A DNA stretch of 64,000 nt from Candidatus Latescibacterota bacterium (GCA_965205485.1 OZ242180.1:4192001-4256000); one strand, 5' to 3'; numbered from the stretch's first letter, positions 49,335 to 60,113 are shown. The notes: a model not told the origin generated them from the letters alone. Program-made: numbers and translations.

Positions 49335-50303
49335 TTGAGGCCATTACGTTACTCAGACTGGTCCCTTTTCGGATGGCACGGGCTGACACTCGAGGTGCCG
49401 TTGGAGTGGAATCCCGGAAAGATAGCGGGCGATTTCAATGCAGGCAGCGTTCGCCTGGATGATCCCACGCTGGCCAGACTGGAAATCGAGTGGAAGGATG
49501 CCCGGGGCGACGAGCGAGTCACGCCGATTGTGGACCGCTTTGTCGATGGACTCGCTCAGAGTGCCCGCAAGGAAAAGAAACGTGTCGACATCAACCGCAA
49601 TCCCGATGCGGGGTGGATTGACCTGCCAGATGCGCGTTCTCCGGTTTTTTTCGCCTGGCAGGCCGAACATTTGGTCCACGCGCTGGTGTTTTACAGTCAG
49701 CCTTCCGACAGGCTCCTGTTCGTCAGAATTCGAACAAGACCGGACGAGGACGCACGGGACAATATCGGCAGGATTCTGAACTCAATTCGGGATACGTCAC
49801 CCGACGGTCACCGGACCTGGGCGCTGTATGATCTCGTGTGTTCATCGCCTCCCCTGTATTCTCTGGAGAGCTATGAACTCAAATCCGGACACCTTCGACT
49901 CTGTTTTCAGCACGGCCGGAATATGCTTCAGGTCGACCGGCTCAGCCTTGCCAGGGTGCTTCTGAAAAGGCGCACGCTTGTGGAGTGGTATCAGGAATTT
50001 TTCCGCAAGAGCCTCCGGCAGGTCAATCTGGATGTCCGCGAGACCAGCGTCGGTAATCACCCGGGTCTGCAGATTTGCGGAAAACCCAAGAGCCGCTGGC
50101 GGGGTTTGCTGATGCCTCTACCGTTCTGGAACGTCAGACCACGTCTGAATATGGAAGCCCGAGTCTGGACCTGCAGCCACGTAAACAAGATTTACGCGGT
50201 TCACACCTACTACAAGAAACAGCAGGATTCCGCGGATATCGAGGATGCCCGCAGCTCCGTGGTCTGCCATCAGGTTGCCGTCCCGGAATTCACGAAATCC
50301 TGA
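49335..50303 (+). CDS. Hypothetical protein
   Basis: Long ORF with TTG start after AAAGGTGG. A promoter-like TTGACA(49263)-16 nt-TATATT overlaps the ORF-track start. Confidence 0.7.
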   Translation: MRPLRYSDWSLFGWHGLTLEVPLEWNPGKIAGDFNAGSVRLDDPTLARLEIEWKDARGDERVTPIVDRFVDGLAQSARKEKKRVDINRNPDAGWIDLPDARSPVFFAWQAEHLVHALVFYSQPSDRLLFVRIRTRPDEDARDNIGRILNSIRDTSPDGHRTWALYDLVCSSPPLYSLESYELKSGHLRLCFQHGRNMLQVDRLSLARVLLKRRTLVEWYQEFFRKSLRQVNLDVRETSVGNHPGLQICGKPKSRWRGLLMPLPFWNVRPRLNMEARVWTCSHVNKIYAVHTYYKKQQDSADIEDARSSVVCHQVAVPEFTKS

Positions 50304-50341
50304 CGGCGGCCCGTCTCTGTCTCAGTGCCACAGGTAGCCTT

Positions 50342-50767
50342 ATGCCCTTGTTCTCCTTGAAGAGACAGCCCAAGATCAGTCGCGAGGCGATGTTCAACTC
50401 CAAACCTGCCCGGAATAGCCAGCTGGAATGGAAGACGAACAACGACGATGAGGTGACTATTACGTTGAGACGGGCCGATACCACCAAAGTGAAGATCATT
50501 TCCAAAATATTCTGGGTGCCCGAAAAACGAACGCTGGTCCTTGATGAGATCGGTTCACAGGTCTGGAATATGTGTGACGGCCGCACGTCCGTGGCCGCAA
50601 TGATCAAGCGATTGTGCGACACCCACAAGCTCAATGCAAAGGAAGCTGAAATCTCTCTGTTGAGCTACCTCAGAACCCTGGGACGCAAGAATCTGCTCGG
50701 GTTTTTGGTCGAAAAAGGCGATTTGAGGAAAAAGAAAAGAAACGCCAGCGGAAAAGCCTGGAGGTAG
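50342..50767 (+). CDS. PqqD-family (RiPP recognition element-like) protein
   Basis: LDEIGSQVWNMCDGRTSVAAMIKRL...SLLSYLRTLGRKNLL. Confidence 0.8.
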   Translation: MPLFSLKRQPKISREAMFNSKPARNSQLEWKTNNDDEVTITLRRADTTKVKIISKIFWVPEKRTLVLDEIGSQVWNMCDGRTSVAAMIKRLCDTHKLNAKEAEISLLSYLRTLGRKNLLGFLVEKGDLRKKKRNASGKAWR

Positions 50768-50791
50768 CGTACAGCTCCGGACGTCCAGAAG

Positions 50792-50825
50792 ACAGCCCCG
50801 CGATCCTGGACCGCGGGGCTGTTTC
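50792..50825. terminator. Terminator hairpin between the PqqD-like gene and nuoN
   Basis: ACAGCCCCGCG...CGCGGGGCTGT. Confidence 0.65.
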
Positions 50826-50901
50826 TGTGTCTTTGCTGGAAAAACCGGGTCACGCGTGATGCGGCCCGTATCGGGTCCGCCCCTCACCCCGGCACACCGG
50901 T

Positions 50902-52431
50902 TTACCGCATCATGGCCTGAACGGCTTCACCACCGTTCAGGAAAATCGCGGTAGACGTTTCGGCCAGGTCGGCCAGTGGCGCCCAGTAGACGCCAAACAG
51001 CAGCGTACCCACGAACAGGACCGCCAGAGTTGCCGTGGCAAACGGGGATACAACGACGGGTGTATCCGAGCGGGGCTTCTCAAGATACATGGCGCGCACG
51101 ACCCTCGCGTAGTAGTACAGGGAAACGGCGCTGTTCAGCGCGCCAACGACGGCCAGCCAGTAGAGCCCGCCATCGACGACGGCGGCAAACAGATACACCT
51201 TTCCCACAAAGCCTGCGGTCGGCGGCAGGCCCGTAAGAGAGAAAAGAAACGCGGACATCGCAAGCGCAATCCAGGGGGAACGCCAACCCAGGCCGCTGTA
51301 ATCCCCGATATCCTCGCTTCCGATTCTTTCGGCCAACAGCAAAACAACCAGAAACGCGCCCAGATTCATAAACAGATAGGCGCCCGCATAAAACATCACT
51401 GCCTTCAGGCCCGCGGACGACAACATCACCACACCCATCATCATATAGCCCGCGTGGGCAATACTGGAGTATGCGAGCAGCCTCTTCAGGTTGCGCTGCC
51501 AGATGGCCGTCAGATTGCCCAGCGTCATCGTAAAGGCCGAAATGAGAGCGAGCAACTGCGGCCATGCCACACCTAACGCGACACCCGCGCCCGAAGCACC
51601 GTCGAAGGCGGACAGACCCACGTAGAAGAACCGCGCCAGCATGGCGAATCCGACCGCCTTCGGCGCGACCGAGAAGAAGGCAGTCACGGGAGTCGGCGCA
51701 CCCTCGTACACGTCGGGACACCAGAAGTGAAACGGAACCGAGGCCACCTTGTATCCGAACCCGGCCATCGCGAGCGTCGCTCCGAGAAACAACGTCAGTT
51801 CGTAAGGCGCCGTTGTTCCAAGACGCGCGGCGATCCCATAGATATCCAGTGTACCCGTCAGGCCGTAGATCAGGGAGAATCCATAGAGCATGATGCCGGA
51901 AGACACCCCGCCGTAGACGACATATTTCAGCGCCGCCTCATTGGATCGCCGGACCCGTTTCTGATAACCCGCCAATACGTAGGAAGGCAGACTGACAAGC
52001 TCAAGCGCAAGATACATCATCAGCAGATTGGTCGCACCGGCCATCAGAAAGCCGCCCAGCCCCACAGAGAGGAAGAGCGCATAGAATTCACCCATGCGGT
52101 CGGCGTCGATGTCCCGCGATTGCAGGCCGAACAGCGTGACCACAATGGTCGTGACCACGATAACAAGCTTGAAGAACAGGGCAAAACCGTCCAGGGCGAT
52201 CATACCCATGAACAGCGACCGGGGCGCCTCGTCGTACAGATCCGCGATCGAAAACAGACAGGCCACAAGAACCAGAAGCGTCAGGCCCGTCAACAGCGTC
52301 TTCTTCTTTGCGGTCAGAATCAGGTCGACGGTCACGATGCCTATAATTGCAACTGTGATGATGATCTCCGGCCAGATGTATTGCAGGCCGTCCAGATTCA
52401 CCGCGATCGCGTGTTCAATGGCCTCGGCCAA
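50902..52431 (-). CDS. nuoN: NADH-quinone oxidoreductase subunit N
   Basis: EAALKY, PFHFWCPDVYEGAPTP, KRLLAYSSIAHAG. Confidence 0.95.
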   Translation of the reverse strand: MAEAIEHAIAVNLDGLQYIWPEIIITVAIIGIVTVDLILTAKKKTLLTGLTLLVLVACLFSIADLYDEAPRSLFMGMIALDGFALFFKLVIVVTTIVVTLFGLQSRDIDADRMGEFYALFLSVGLGGFLMAGATNLLMMYLALELVSLPSYVLAGYQKRVRRSNEAALKYVVYGGVSSGIMLYGFSLIYGLTGTLDIYGIAARLGTTAPYELTLFLGATLAMAGFGYKVASVPFHFWCPDVYEGAPTPVTAFFSVAPKAVGFAMLARFFYVGLSAFDGASGAGVALGVAWPQLLALISAFTMTLGNLTAIWQRNLKRLLAYSSIAHAGYMMMGVVMLSSAGLKAVMFYAGAYLFMNLGAFLVVLLLAERIGSEDIGDYSGLGWRSPWIALAMSAFLFSLTGLPPTAGFVGKVYLFAAVVDGGLYWLAVVGALNSAVSLYYYARVVRAMYLEKPRSDTPVVVSPFATATLAVLFVGTLLFGVYWAPLADLAETSTAIFLNGGEAVQAMMR

Positions 52432-52504
52432 GTGATTATACCTCCCATCGAGTCGGGCTCAAAATGCAGCGAGGTCCCGGAACGTCGAACTGTCTTTCAC
52501 GAAC

Positions 52505-54082
52505 CTACCGCTGCAACACGGACATTACCGGCCCGTTCAGGTCCTTTACAAGCTCCCCGAGCGACTGCGCCAGCAGGTCCAGCACCGGTGAAGGATAAAT
52601 GCCCAGGACGATTACGATAACCGCCAGCGGGGCCAGACTGAAAATCTCGCGCCCGTTGATTTCGGGCAGATCTTTCCACCGTTCGTTGAACGGCCCCATG
52701 AACAGACGTTGAAATGCCCACAGCATGTACGCCGCTCCGAGGAGGACGCCCAGGGTACCCAGGATCGTCATGGTGCGGTGGACCTGGAACGCGCCCAGGA
52801 AACAGAGCGCTTCGCTGATAAAGCCTGAAAGTCCGGGCAGACCCAGCGCGGCGAAGTACGCGACCATCGTGAGACTGCCGTACACCGGCATGTGCGACCA
52901 CAGCCCCCCGAATCCCAGCTTCCCTCGCAGATCCGGATCTTCATAATCGTTGGGATATACAATATACCGGTGATGCGCCCGGTCGTAGATGACGCCAACG
53001 AGCAGAAACAACATCGCCGTGATGGTGCCGTGGTTGAACATCTGAAACACCGCCCCGTTGATTCCGTGGGGCGTGAAGGACGACATGCCGAGCATCACGA
53101 AACCCATGTGACTGATACTGGAATACGCCACCAGTTTCTTCAGATCCGTCTGCGCCATTGCGACAAGTGCGCCATAGATGATATTGATGACCCCGATCAC
53201 GGCCAGGAAATAGCTGAAGTCACGTGTGACATCGGGCAACATCGGGTAGTTGAACCGCAAGATACCGTACGTACCCATCTTCAGGAGCACCCCCGCCAGA
53301 ATGACGCTGATGGCGGTAGGCGCTTCGACGTGGGCATCGGGAAGCCATGTGTGGAACGGAAAAAGGGGTACTTTTATGGCAAATCCGATAAACATGGCAA
53401 TCCAGATGATTACAGGAGCCGAATATCCGAAAATCATGCCGGCCCGAAGCCATTCGGAGTGGTTGGCCTGGTCCATCATGACCAGCATATTGAATGTATG
53501 TTTTCCCGTACCTGGATCGGTGACGTTGAAGTAAAATGCGAGCATGACCAGCAACAACAGGACGCTCCCAGCCAGCGTATACAGAAAGAACTTGATGGCG
53601 GCATATTCCTTTCGGGGCCCTCCCCAGATCCCGATCAGGAAGTACATCGGCAACAGCATCACTTCCCAGAACACGTAGAACAGGAAGAAGTCCAGCGACA
53701 CGAACACGCCCTGCATGCCGGTCTCGAGCAGCAGAAAGAGTGCGAAATATCCCTTGACCCCGCGGTTGATGGACCAGGACGCGGGAACGCAAAGGAAACC
53801 AAGCAACGCCGTCAGCAGCACCATCGAGACGCTCAGGCCGTCTATGCCCATATAATACTGGATGTTGAATGATTCGATCCAGGGAAGCCGTACTTCATAC
53901 TGCATGCCGGGTACGGACCGGTCGAAATCCTGAAACAGCCAGATGGCCAGCAGAAGGCAGAGTCCGGTCGCCGCAAGCGCTACCCGGCGAATCGCATCGA
54001 CCGCCCTGCCGGGCATCAGCAGGATTACCACGGCACCGAGTACGGGAACGAAGGTCAAGAGTGTAAGAATCCACTGATCCAT
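52505..54082 (-). CDS. nuoM: NADH-quinone oxidoreductase subunit M
   Basis: FYVFWEVMLLPMY, HTWLPDAHVEAPT, LLKMGTYG; ATG after GGAGG. Confidence 0.96.
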   Translation of the reverse strand: MDQWILTLLTFVPVLGAVVILLMPGRAVDAIRRVALAATGLCLLLAIWLFQDFDRSVPGMQYEVRLPWIESFNIQYYMGIDGLSVSMVLLTALLGFLCVPASWSINRGVKGYFALFLLLETGMQGVFVSLDFFLFYVFWEVMLLPMYFLIGIWGGPRKEYAAIKFFLYTLAGSVLLLLVMLAFYFNVTDPGTGKHTFNMLVMMDQANHSEWLRAGMIFGYSAPVIIWIAMFIGFAIKVPLFPFHTWLPDAHVEAPTAISVILAGVLLKMGTYGILRFNYPMLPDVTRDFSYFLAVIGVINIIYGALVAMAQTDLKKLVAYSSISHMGFVMLGMSSFTPHGINGAVFQMFNHGTITAMLFLLVGVIYDRAHHRYIVYPNDYEDPDLRGKLGFGGLWSHMPVYGSLTMVAYFAALGLPGLSGFISEALCFLGAFQVHRTMTILGTLGVLLGAAYMLWAFQRLFMGPFNERWKDLPEINGREIFSLAPLAVIVIVLGIYPSPVLDLLAQSLGELVKDLNGPVMSVLQR

Positions 54083-54159
54083 CTGTCGGCTACCTCCCTG
54101 ATCGACTTCGTAGGACAAATCGCGGACGGCAGAACGGTCCGTGTGTTACCAATTGCCGA

Positions 54160-56238
54160 TCACGATACCATCAATCTGATCACCATCAGGACCAGAATAC
54201 CTCCCATAACCAGAACGACGTAGGTCTGCAGTCGTCCTGTCTGAATGCGCCTCAGCCCGCTGCCGGTCCACCTGATCACCCCTGCGACTGCATTCACGAG
54301 CCCGTCGACCACCCATTCATCGAAAAGGCGATCGATAAACGAGATACCCCGGGTCAACGTGGCCGAAAGATTCACGAGGCCGTCGACAATGTGAGCGTCG
54401 AACCAGTTCAACACCGTTCGCCCGACCAGGACCGCGCGGACGAAGCTGGCCTCGTAGAGCTCGTCGAAATACCACTTTCGGTTCAACACCCGGAAGATCC
54501 CGCCCGACTGAAGCAATTTCGCCTCCACGGCGATCATTTCCTCGCGCCGGTTGTAATACTTTCTGTAAGCCGTATAGATGCCGGCGCCGGCAACCAGCAA
54601 CGAGAGGATCATCGCCGGGTAGTGAGCGGCGTGCGCGGCGTCGCCGGGTGAACCCGCGGCATAGACTTCTGTTTCGGGTCCGACCGGCAACGGCTCGCCG
54701 CTGCCCGCCAGCAGACCCGCTTCAGGCCGCTTCACCAGATGCTGAAACCAGCCCTCGCCGCCCAGCGGGTTCCATGCGTAGAAGATCCAGATACTCAGCA
54801 CTGCCAGCACGATCAGCGGGACCGTCATCACGCGAGGAGACTCGTGGGCGTATTCGACTAGAGATTTCTCTCCGGGTTTCCCGTAGAACGTGAGAAAGAT
54901 CAGCCGGAACATGTAAAACGCCGTTAATCCCGCGGCCGCAAATCCCAGCAGCGGCAACAGGAAATGTACCGGCCGGGAGAGACCGCCGAAACCCAGCGCT
55001 CCGGCCAGTATCGCGTCCTTGCTGAGGAATCCGGACGTAAGCGGCACGCCCGCCAGGGCTACGGTCGCGATCAGAAAGGTCCAGAACGTCAGCGGCATCT
55101 TTTCTCGAAGCCCGCCCATATTTCGCATATCCTGCGGATCGCTTTCGTTGTGCGTCTTGTGGAACGCATGTTCCACGGCATGGATGACGCTTCCCGATCC
55201 GAGGAAAAGACACGCCTTGAAAGCCGCGTGCGTCATCAGGTGAAAAAACCCCGCCACGTACGCGCCCACACCCAGACCCATGATCATATATCCGAGCTGG
55301 CTGATGGTGGAGTAGGCCAGGACGCGTTTGATATCGTACTGGGCTACGGCGATGGTTGCGCCCAGAATCGCCGTGGTCGCGCCGATGTAAGCAATCGCCA
55401 CCAGCGCGTCAGGCGTCAGGATCGGGAACATCCGAGTGACCATATATACGCCGGCGGCAACCATCGTAGCCGCGTGGATCAACGCGCTGACGGGGGTCGG
55501 ACCCTCCATGGCATCCGGCAGCCAGACATGCAACGGAAACTGCGCCGACTTGCCAACCGCGCCGCAGAACAGACACAGGCCCGCAACCGTAAGGAGGCCT
55601 CCGCTCAGTCGTCCGCCGGCTACCCCGTCGTAAACACTCGCGAAGTCGAATGCGCCGACCTTCCAGAAGACAATCATAATGCCTACAAAAAAGCCGAGGT
55701 CGCCGACGCGGTTTACGAGGAACGCTTTCTTGCATGCCGCGGCCGCCGAGGGTTTCTCATACCAGAAACCGATCAGCAGATAGGATGAAAGCCCCACGAG
55801 TTCCCAGAACACATAAAGCAACAGGAAATTGTCAACCAGTACAAGGCCCAGCATCGAGAACGAAAAGATCGCCAGGAACCCGAAAAATCGGGAATATCGG
55901 GCGTCTCCGTGCATATAGCCGATTGAATAGAGATGCACGAGACCACTGACAACCGTGACAACCATCAACATGACGGCGGTAATATTGTCGACCAGCAGGC
56001 CGACGCTGATCTTCGCGGCGCCCAGATCCAGCCAGACCCACGAATCGAGATCGAGCCGCCAGCCCGGATCGTAGGCCGAAAGGGCCAGCACGAAATACCG
56101 GAGAGAAAGCAGAAATGAAATGGAGATTGCAGCGAGGGGCACCCAGTCGCCACCGCGCGGCAAGCGCCGTCCCCAGAAAGCCTGTACGGCGAATGCCGCC
56201 AGAGGCAGCACAGGGATGAAAAGCAGATCTAAGGGCAT
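54160..56238 (-). CDS. nuoL: NADH-quinone oxidoreductase subunit L
   Basis: GKSAQFPLHVWLPDAMEGPTPVSALIHAATMV, THAAFKA. Confidence 0.96.
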   Translation of the reverse strand: MPLDLLFIPVLPLAAFAVQAFWGRRLPRGGDWVPLAAISISFLLSLRYFVLALSAYDPGWRLDLDSWVWLDLGAAKISVGLLVDNITAVMLMVVTVVSGLVHLYSIGYMHGDARYSRFFGFLAIFSFSMLGLVLVDNFLLLYVFWELVGLSSYLLIGFWYEKPSAAAACKKAFLVNRVGDLGFFVGIMIVFWKVGAFDFASVYDGVAGGRLSGGLLTVAGLCLFCGAVGKSAQFPLHVWLPDAMEGPTPVSALIHAATMVAAGVYMVTRMFPILTPDALVAIAYIGATTAILGATIAVAQYDIKRVLAYSTISQLGYMIMGLGVGAYVAGFFHLMTHAAFKACLFLGSGSVIHAVEHAFHKTHNESDPQDMRNMGGLREKMPLTFWTFLIATVALAGVPLTSGFLSKDAILAGALGFGGLSRPVHFLLPLLGFAAAGLTAFYMFRLIFLTFYGKPGEKSLVEYAHESPRVMTVPLIVLAVLSIWIFYAWNPLGGEGWFQHLVKRPEAGLLAGSGEPLPVGPETEVYAAGSPGDAAHAAHYPAMILSLLVAGAGIYTAYRKYYNRREEMIAVEAKLLQSGGIFRVLNRKWYFDELYEASFVRAVLVGRTVLNWFDAHIVDGLVNLSATLTRGISFIDRLFDEWVVDGLVNAVAGVIRWTGSGLRRIQTGRLQTYVVLVMGGILVLMVIRLMVS

Positions 56239-56258
56239 TCAGTCTCCCGAACCGTCCG

Positions 56259-56564
56259 TCAACCGCTCAATGAATCCAGTCTGTCGATGTTGACCATCTG
56301 ATAATTGCGATAGATATTCAGAACGATCGCCAGTGCAACCGCCGCCTCCGCCGCGGCGAGTACGATCACGAAAACGGCGAATACCTGTCCCTCCAGCCCT
56401 GTATCGGAAAACCGCGCGAACGCGACGAGGTTCAGGTTGGCGGCATTCAATATGAGCTCCACCCCCATCAGAATGCTGATTGCGTTGCGGCGGGTGGCAA
56501 CGGCCAGAATTCCCAGGCAGAAAAGAATGGCCCCCACGACCAGATAGTGCTCCAGGGCGATCAT
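56259..56564 (-). CDS. nuoK: NADH-quinone oxidoreductase subunit K
   Basis: MGVELILNAAN, AAAEAAVALAI. Confidence 0.95.
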   Translation of the reverse strand: MIALEHYLVVGAILFCLGILAVATRRNAISILMGVELILNAANLNLVAFARFSDTGLEGQVFAVFVIVLAAAEAAVALAIVLNIYRNYQMVNIDRLDSLSG

Positions 56565-57082
56565 AACTCTCCCTCGTCCTCATCCTGCCCCTGCCCTTTT
56601 CCTGCCAGCATCGAAGCGCCGAGAAGGGCAGCCAGCAACAGCATGCCGGCCACCTCGAACGGCAGGACGTAGGTTGTCATGAGCGACTTGCCGATCTCCG
56701 CGGTACTGGAAGCGGGCGCCGCCCCCTCGGACAGCGGCCACGATGTTTTCAGGATCACCATCACCAGCAGCGCGAACCCGGCGCCAACGACAACCACGCT
56801 GGGCAGGAACTGCACGCGTTCCGCCAGCAGATTCAAGTCGTAAATGCGGTTGGTCAACATCACGCCGAAGAGCAACAGAATCAGGATTCCGCCGACGTAG
56901 ATCAATACCTGCGCCCCGGCCAGGAAATCGGCATCGAGAAATACGTACAAACCCGCGACGCCGAAAAACGTAAATAACAGGGCAAATACCGCGTAAATCA
57001 ACCGGCTTACGAAAACGACCGCAGCCGCCGACCCTACGGTGACGGCGGCAAACATGTAAAACACAATCGTTGAGAGTTCCAT
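56561..57082 (-). CDS. nuoJ: NADH-quinone oxidoreductase subunit J
   Basis: AQVLIYVGGI, LPFE. Confidence 0.94.
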   Translation of the reverse strand: MELSTIVFYMFAAVTVGSAAAVVFVSRLIYAVFALLFTFFGVAGLYVFLDADFLAGAQVLIYVGGILILLLFGVMLTNRIYDLNLLAERVQFLPSVVVVGAGFALLVMVILKTSWPLSEGAAPASSTAEIGKSLMTTYVLPFEVAGMLLLAALLGASMLAGKGQGQDEDEGEL

Positions 57083-57185
57083 ATGCCAACCAATCCTGAG
57101 CGCCCGGTTTCAGGCAAGATCGTCCGCCTGCATCGGGCGCGTCTCCGATGTCTCCGGCGCCGTGCCCCGCAGGGGTCCCAGCAGT

Positions 57186-57674
57186 CTATTTACGATCGGC
57201 GGACTCTGCGTCGGCGGGCTTCTTTTCGTAGTCCCATGGCCGGGCGTAGCGGTAGACCAGATCGGTCCGATCGTAGACCGACGACTCGTAATTCGGGGTC
57301 ATAATCAGACATTCGGTGGGACAGGGATACGTACAAAGACCACAATAACAGCAAAGCCCCATGTCGATGTCGAAACGCAGCACCTTGAGCCGCTTTTTCG
57401 TCCCCCTGGACGTCAGGCCCAGGTCCTCGTCGGGACCTGCCTTTTCGCATTCTATATAGATACAGTCCACGGGACATGCTCTCGCACACTGGTCGCAGCC
57501 GATACAGTCATCGATATCGTTGAACAGCTGGTTGCGCGCCCGTTCCGGCATCTGCCAACGCTCGTCCGGATATTCCAGGGTGATTGACGGCGTGAACAAA
57601 TGCTTCAACGTGATATTCAGGCCCACCCAGATGGAAGCCGCGGACTGATAGAGATTCCTGAAATACGATCCCAT
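57186..57674 (-). CDS. nuoI: NADH-quinone oxidoreductase subunit I
   Basis: CIGCDQCARACP and CCYCGLCTYPCP. Confidence 0.94.
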   Translation of the reverse strand: MGSYFRNLYQSAASIWVGLNITLKHLFTPSITLEYPDERWQMPERARNQLFNDIDDCIGCDQCARACPVDCIYIECEKAGPDEDLGLTSRGTKKRLKVLRFDIDMGLCCYCGLCTYPCPTECLIMTPNYESSVYDRTDLVYRYARPWDYEKKPADAESADRK

Positions 57675-57718
57675 TGCATCACCTGTGGAAGAAGGGTCCC
57701 GGGAGATTCACCGTCCTG

Positions 57719-58894
57719 CTACAATGCGGTCTGGGCACGCTGTGTCCGACCGTGCATCAATCCCTGGGCGGCCGAACGCAGCAGGAAGGCAAGAACGACG
57801 GCCATCGCGCCCATCAACCCGACCTTGGAGATATCCTGGAACCAGGTTGGAATGGCGAGGTGCCACACATACGATCCGAGCATGCACAAAAAAGTGGCCG
57901 GCGTGAGTACCTTCCAGCCGACGAACATGAGCTGATCGACACGCAGCCGGGGAAGCGTCCAGCGGATCCACATCTGCACCGCCACGAGCAGGAGCCCCTT
58001 GCCGATCATCCAGATGGGACCGGCCGGAAACGAACCGCCCCAGGGCGCCTGCCAGCCGCCCAGAAACACGACAGCGCCGACCATACTCACGGCAACCATC
58101 GCCGCGTATTCCGCTACGAAGAAGAAGGAGAACCTCATGCCGCTGTATTCGGTGTGATAGCCCGCCACCAGTTCCGATTCGGCCTCGGGTATATCGAACG
58201 GCGTGCGATTGACTTCCGCAAGCGCGGCGACAAAGTAAAGGATGAACGCGAGAAACGTAAACGGATTGCGAAACACGAACCAGTGATACAACGATCCGGA
58301 CTGCGCCGCGACCAGTTCCTGCGTGCTGAGAGTACCCACAAGAGGGATCACGCTCAGGAATGCCATGGCCACGGGGATTTCGTAGCTCACGACCTGTGCG
58401 GCCGAGCGCATCGCGCCGAGCAGAGACCACTTGTTGTTGGACGCCCATCCGGCCATGAGAATGCCCAGAACGCCCAGCGACGAAATGGCGAGAATATAGA
58501 AGATCCCGATATTCAGATCGCTTACGATCAGGCTGCCGCCGAAGGGGATGCACACGAACACGGCCAGGGTCCCGGAGAAGACCAGCAGGGGCGCCAGAAT
58601 GAAGAGGCCCTTGTCAGCCGCCGCGGGAATGATATCTTCCTTGAGGAGCAGCTTGACGCCGTCTGCAATAGGCTGAGCCCACCCGTGCCAGCCCCCGGTT
58701 CGCATCGGTCCCAGGCGGTCCTGGATGTGTGCGGATATCTTCATTTCCATGTAAACCATGATGAGCCCGAGTACCGCGACAAGCGTTACGACGACGATGC
58801 CGGCAAGCAACCCCAATGCAAGGGACACCAGGCCGATCGGCACGGCGCTTAGAAAGCCCACGTGATTTACAAGAACCTCCGCCAATTCGAGCAT
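57719..58894 (-). CDS. nuoH: NADH-quinone oxidoreductase subunit H
   Basis: DGVKLLLKE, AQVVSYE, RTPFDIPEAESELVAG, PRLRVDQ. Confidence 0.95.
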   Translation of the reverse strand: MLELAEVLVNHVGFLSAVPIGLVSLALGLLAGIVVVTLVAVLGLIMVYMEMKISAHIQDRLGPMRTGGWHGWAQPIADGVKLLLKEDIIPAAADKGLFILAPLLVFSGTLAVFVCIPFGGSLIVSDLNIGIFYILAISSLGVLGILMAGWASNNKWSLLGAMRSAAQVVSYEIPVAMAFLSVIPLVGTLSTQELVAAQSGSLYHWFVFRNPFTFLAFILYFVAALAEVNRTPFDIPEAESELVAGYHTEYSGMRFSFFFVAEYAAMVAVSMVGAVVFLGGWQAPWGGSFPAGPIWMIGKGLLLVAVQMWIRWTLPRLRVDQLMFVGWKVLTPATFLCMLGSYVWHLAIPTWFQDISKVGLMGAMAVVLAFLLRSAAQGLMHGRTQRAQTAL

Positions 58895-58913
58895 CGGTTT
58901 CTCCTCGAATCCT

Positions 58914-60113
58914 CTATCGATCGATCTCGCCAAGCACGATATCGATGCTTCCGATGATGGCGATTATGTCGGCCAGATAGTGGCCCCTGGCGAGCTCATC
59001 GAATACGCTCATCACCGTAAAGCAGGGCGATTTCACGCGCACCCGGTACGGCACGTTGGAACCGTCGCTGATCACGTATACACCCAGTTCGCCCCTTGGG
59101 TTTTCGCTGCGAACGTAACACTCCGCGTCTTTGGGGGGCCGCACGTTTCTGGGGACCGCCGCCTGGACGTCACCGCCCTCGGGGAGTTGGTCGAGCGCCT
59201 GAGACACGATCCTGGCGCTTTGCTCCATCTCGCGAATGCGCACCATATACCGGTCCCAGCAATCGCCCAGGGTCCCCATTTCGCCCGCGCCGCAGGGCAC
59301 GTCGAACTCGAACCGATCGTAGATTGAATACGGTTCTTCGCGGCGCAGGTCCCATTCCACCCCGCAGCCCCGAAGATTCGGACCGGTAATGTTGTGGCTG
59401 TAGGCCGACTCGAGCGACAGAACTCCGACGTTGGCGGTTCGCTCGATGAAGATCTTGTTGTACGTCAGGAGATCGTTGTATTCTTTCAGCTTTCCTTCGA
59501 AGGCGGTGAGGAAATGCCGGCAGCGCTCCACGAAACCCGGCGGCAGATCGTGAGAGACCCCGCCCACCCAGATATAATTGTACAGCATCCGCGCCCCGCA
59601 CGTCATTTCGAACAGGTCGAATACATCCTCACGTTCCCGGAAGGCAAACAAAAAGGGCGTAAACGCCCCAATATCCATTCCGTAGGTCCCGAACGAAACC
59701 AGGTGGCTGGCAATCCGGTTCAACTCACACATGATGACCCGGATGTACTCCACCCGCTCCGGAATCTCGAGTCCCAGGAGTTTCTCTACAGCCAGAACAT
59801 ACCCCATATTGTTGTTCATCGCCGCCAGGTAATCCATCCGATCCGTGAACGGGATGACCTGTGGATACGGCAGATTCTCGGCGTGCTTCTCGAAGCAACG
59901 ATGGAGATAACCGATGTGGGGTTTTGCTTCCTCTACAATCTCTCCGTCCGTCTTGATCTCCAGGCGCAGTACCCCGTGCGTGCTGGGATGCTGCGGTCCC
60001 ATGTTGATCGTCATCAACTCGCTGTTAAGGTTGTCGTCCTCCAGGTCCGCTACCGGCGGCAGCCCCGGCCGCTCCACCGTCACCTCAGTCGCCGCCCGTG
60101 AGATCTCTGCCAT
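58914..60113 (-). CDS. nuoD: NADH-quinone oxidoreductase subunit D
   Basis: NMGPQHPSTHGVLR, GYLHR, GEIDR; no NiFe CxxC motifs. Confidence 0.96.
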   Translation of the reverse strand: MAEISRAATEVTVERPGLPPVADLEDDNLNSELMTINMGPQHPSTHGVLRLEIKTDGEIVEEAKPHIGYLHRCFEKHAENLPYPQVIPFTDRMDYLAAMNNNMGYVLAVEKLLGLEIPERVEYIRVIMCELNRIASHLVSFGTYGMDIGAFTPFLFAFREREDVFDLFEMTCGARMLYNYIWVGGVSHDLPPGFVERCRHFLTAFEGKLKEYNDLLTYNKIFIERTANVGVLSLESAYSHNITGPNLRGCGVEWDLRREEPYSIYDRFEFDVPCGAGEMGTLGDCWDRYMVRIREMEQSARIVSQALDQLPEGGDVQAAVPRNVRPPKDAECYVRSENPRGELGVYVISDGSNVPYRVRVKSPCFTVMSVFDELARGHYLADIIAIIGSIDIVLGEIDR

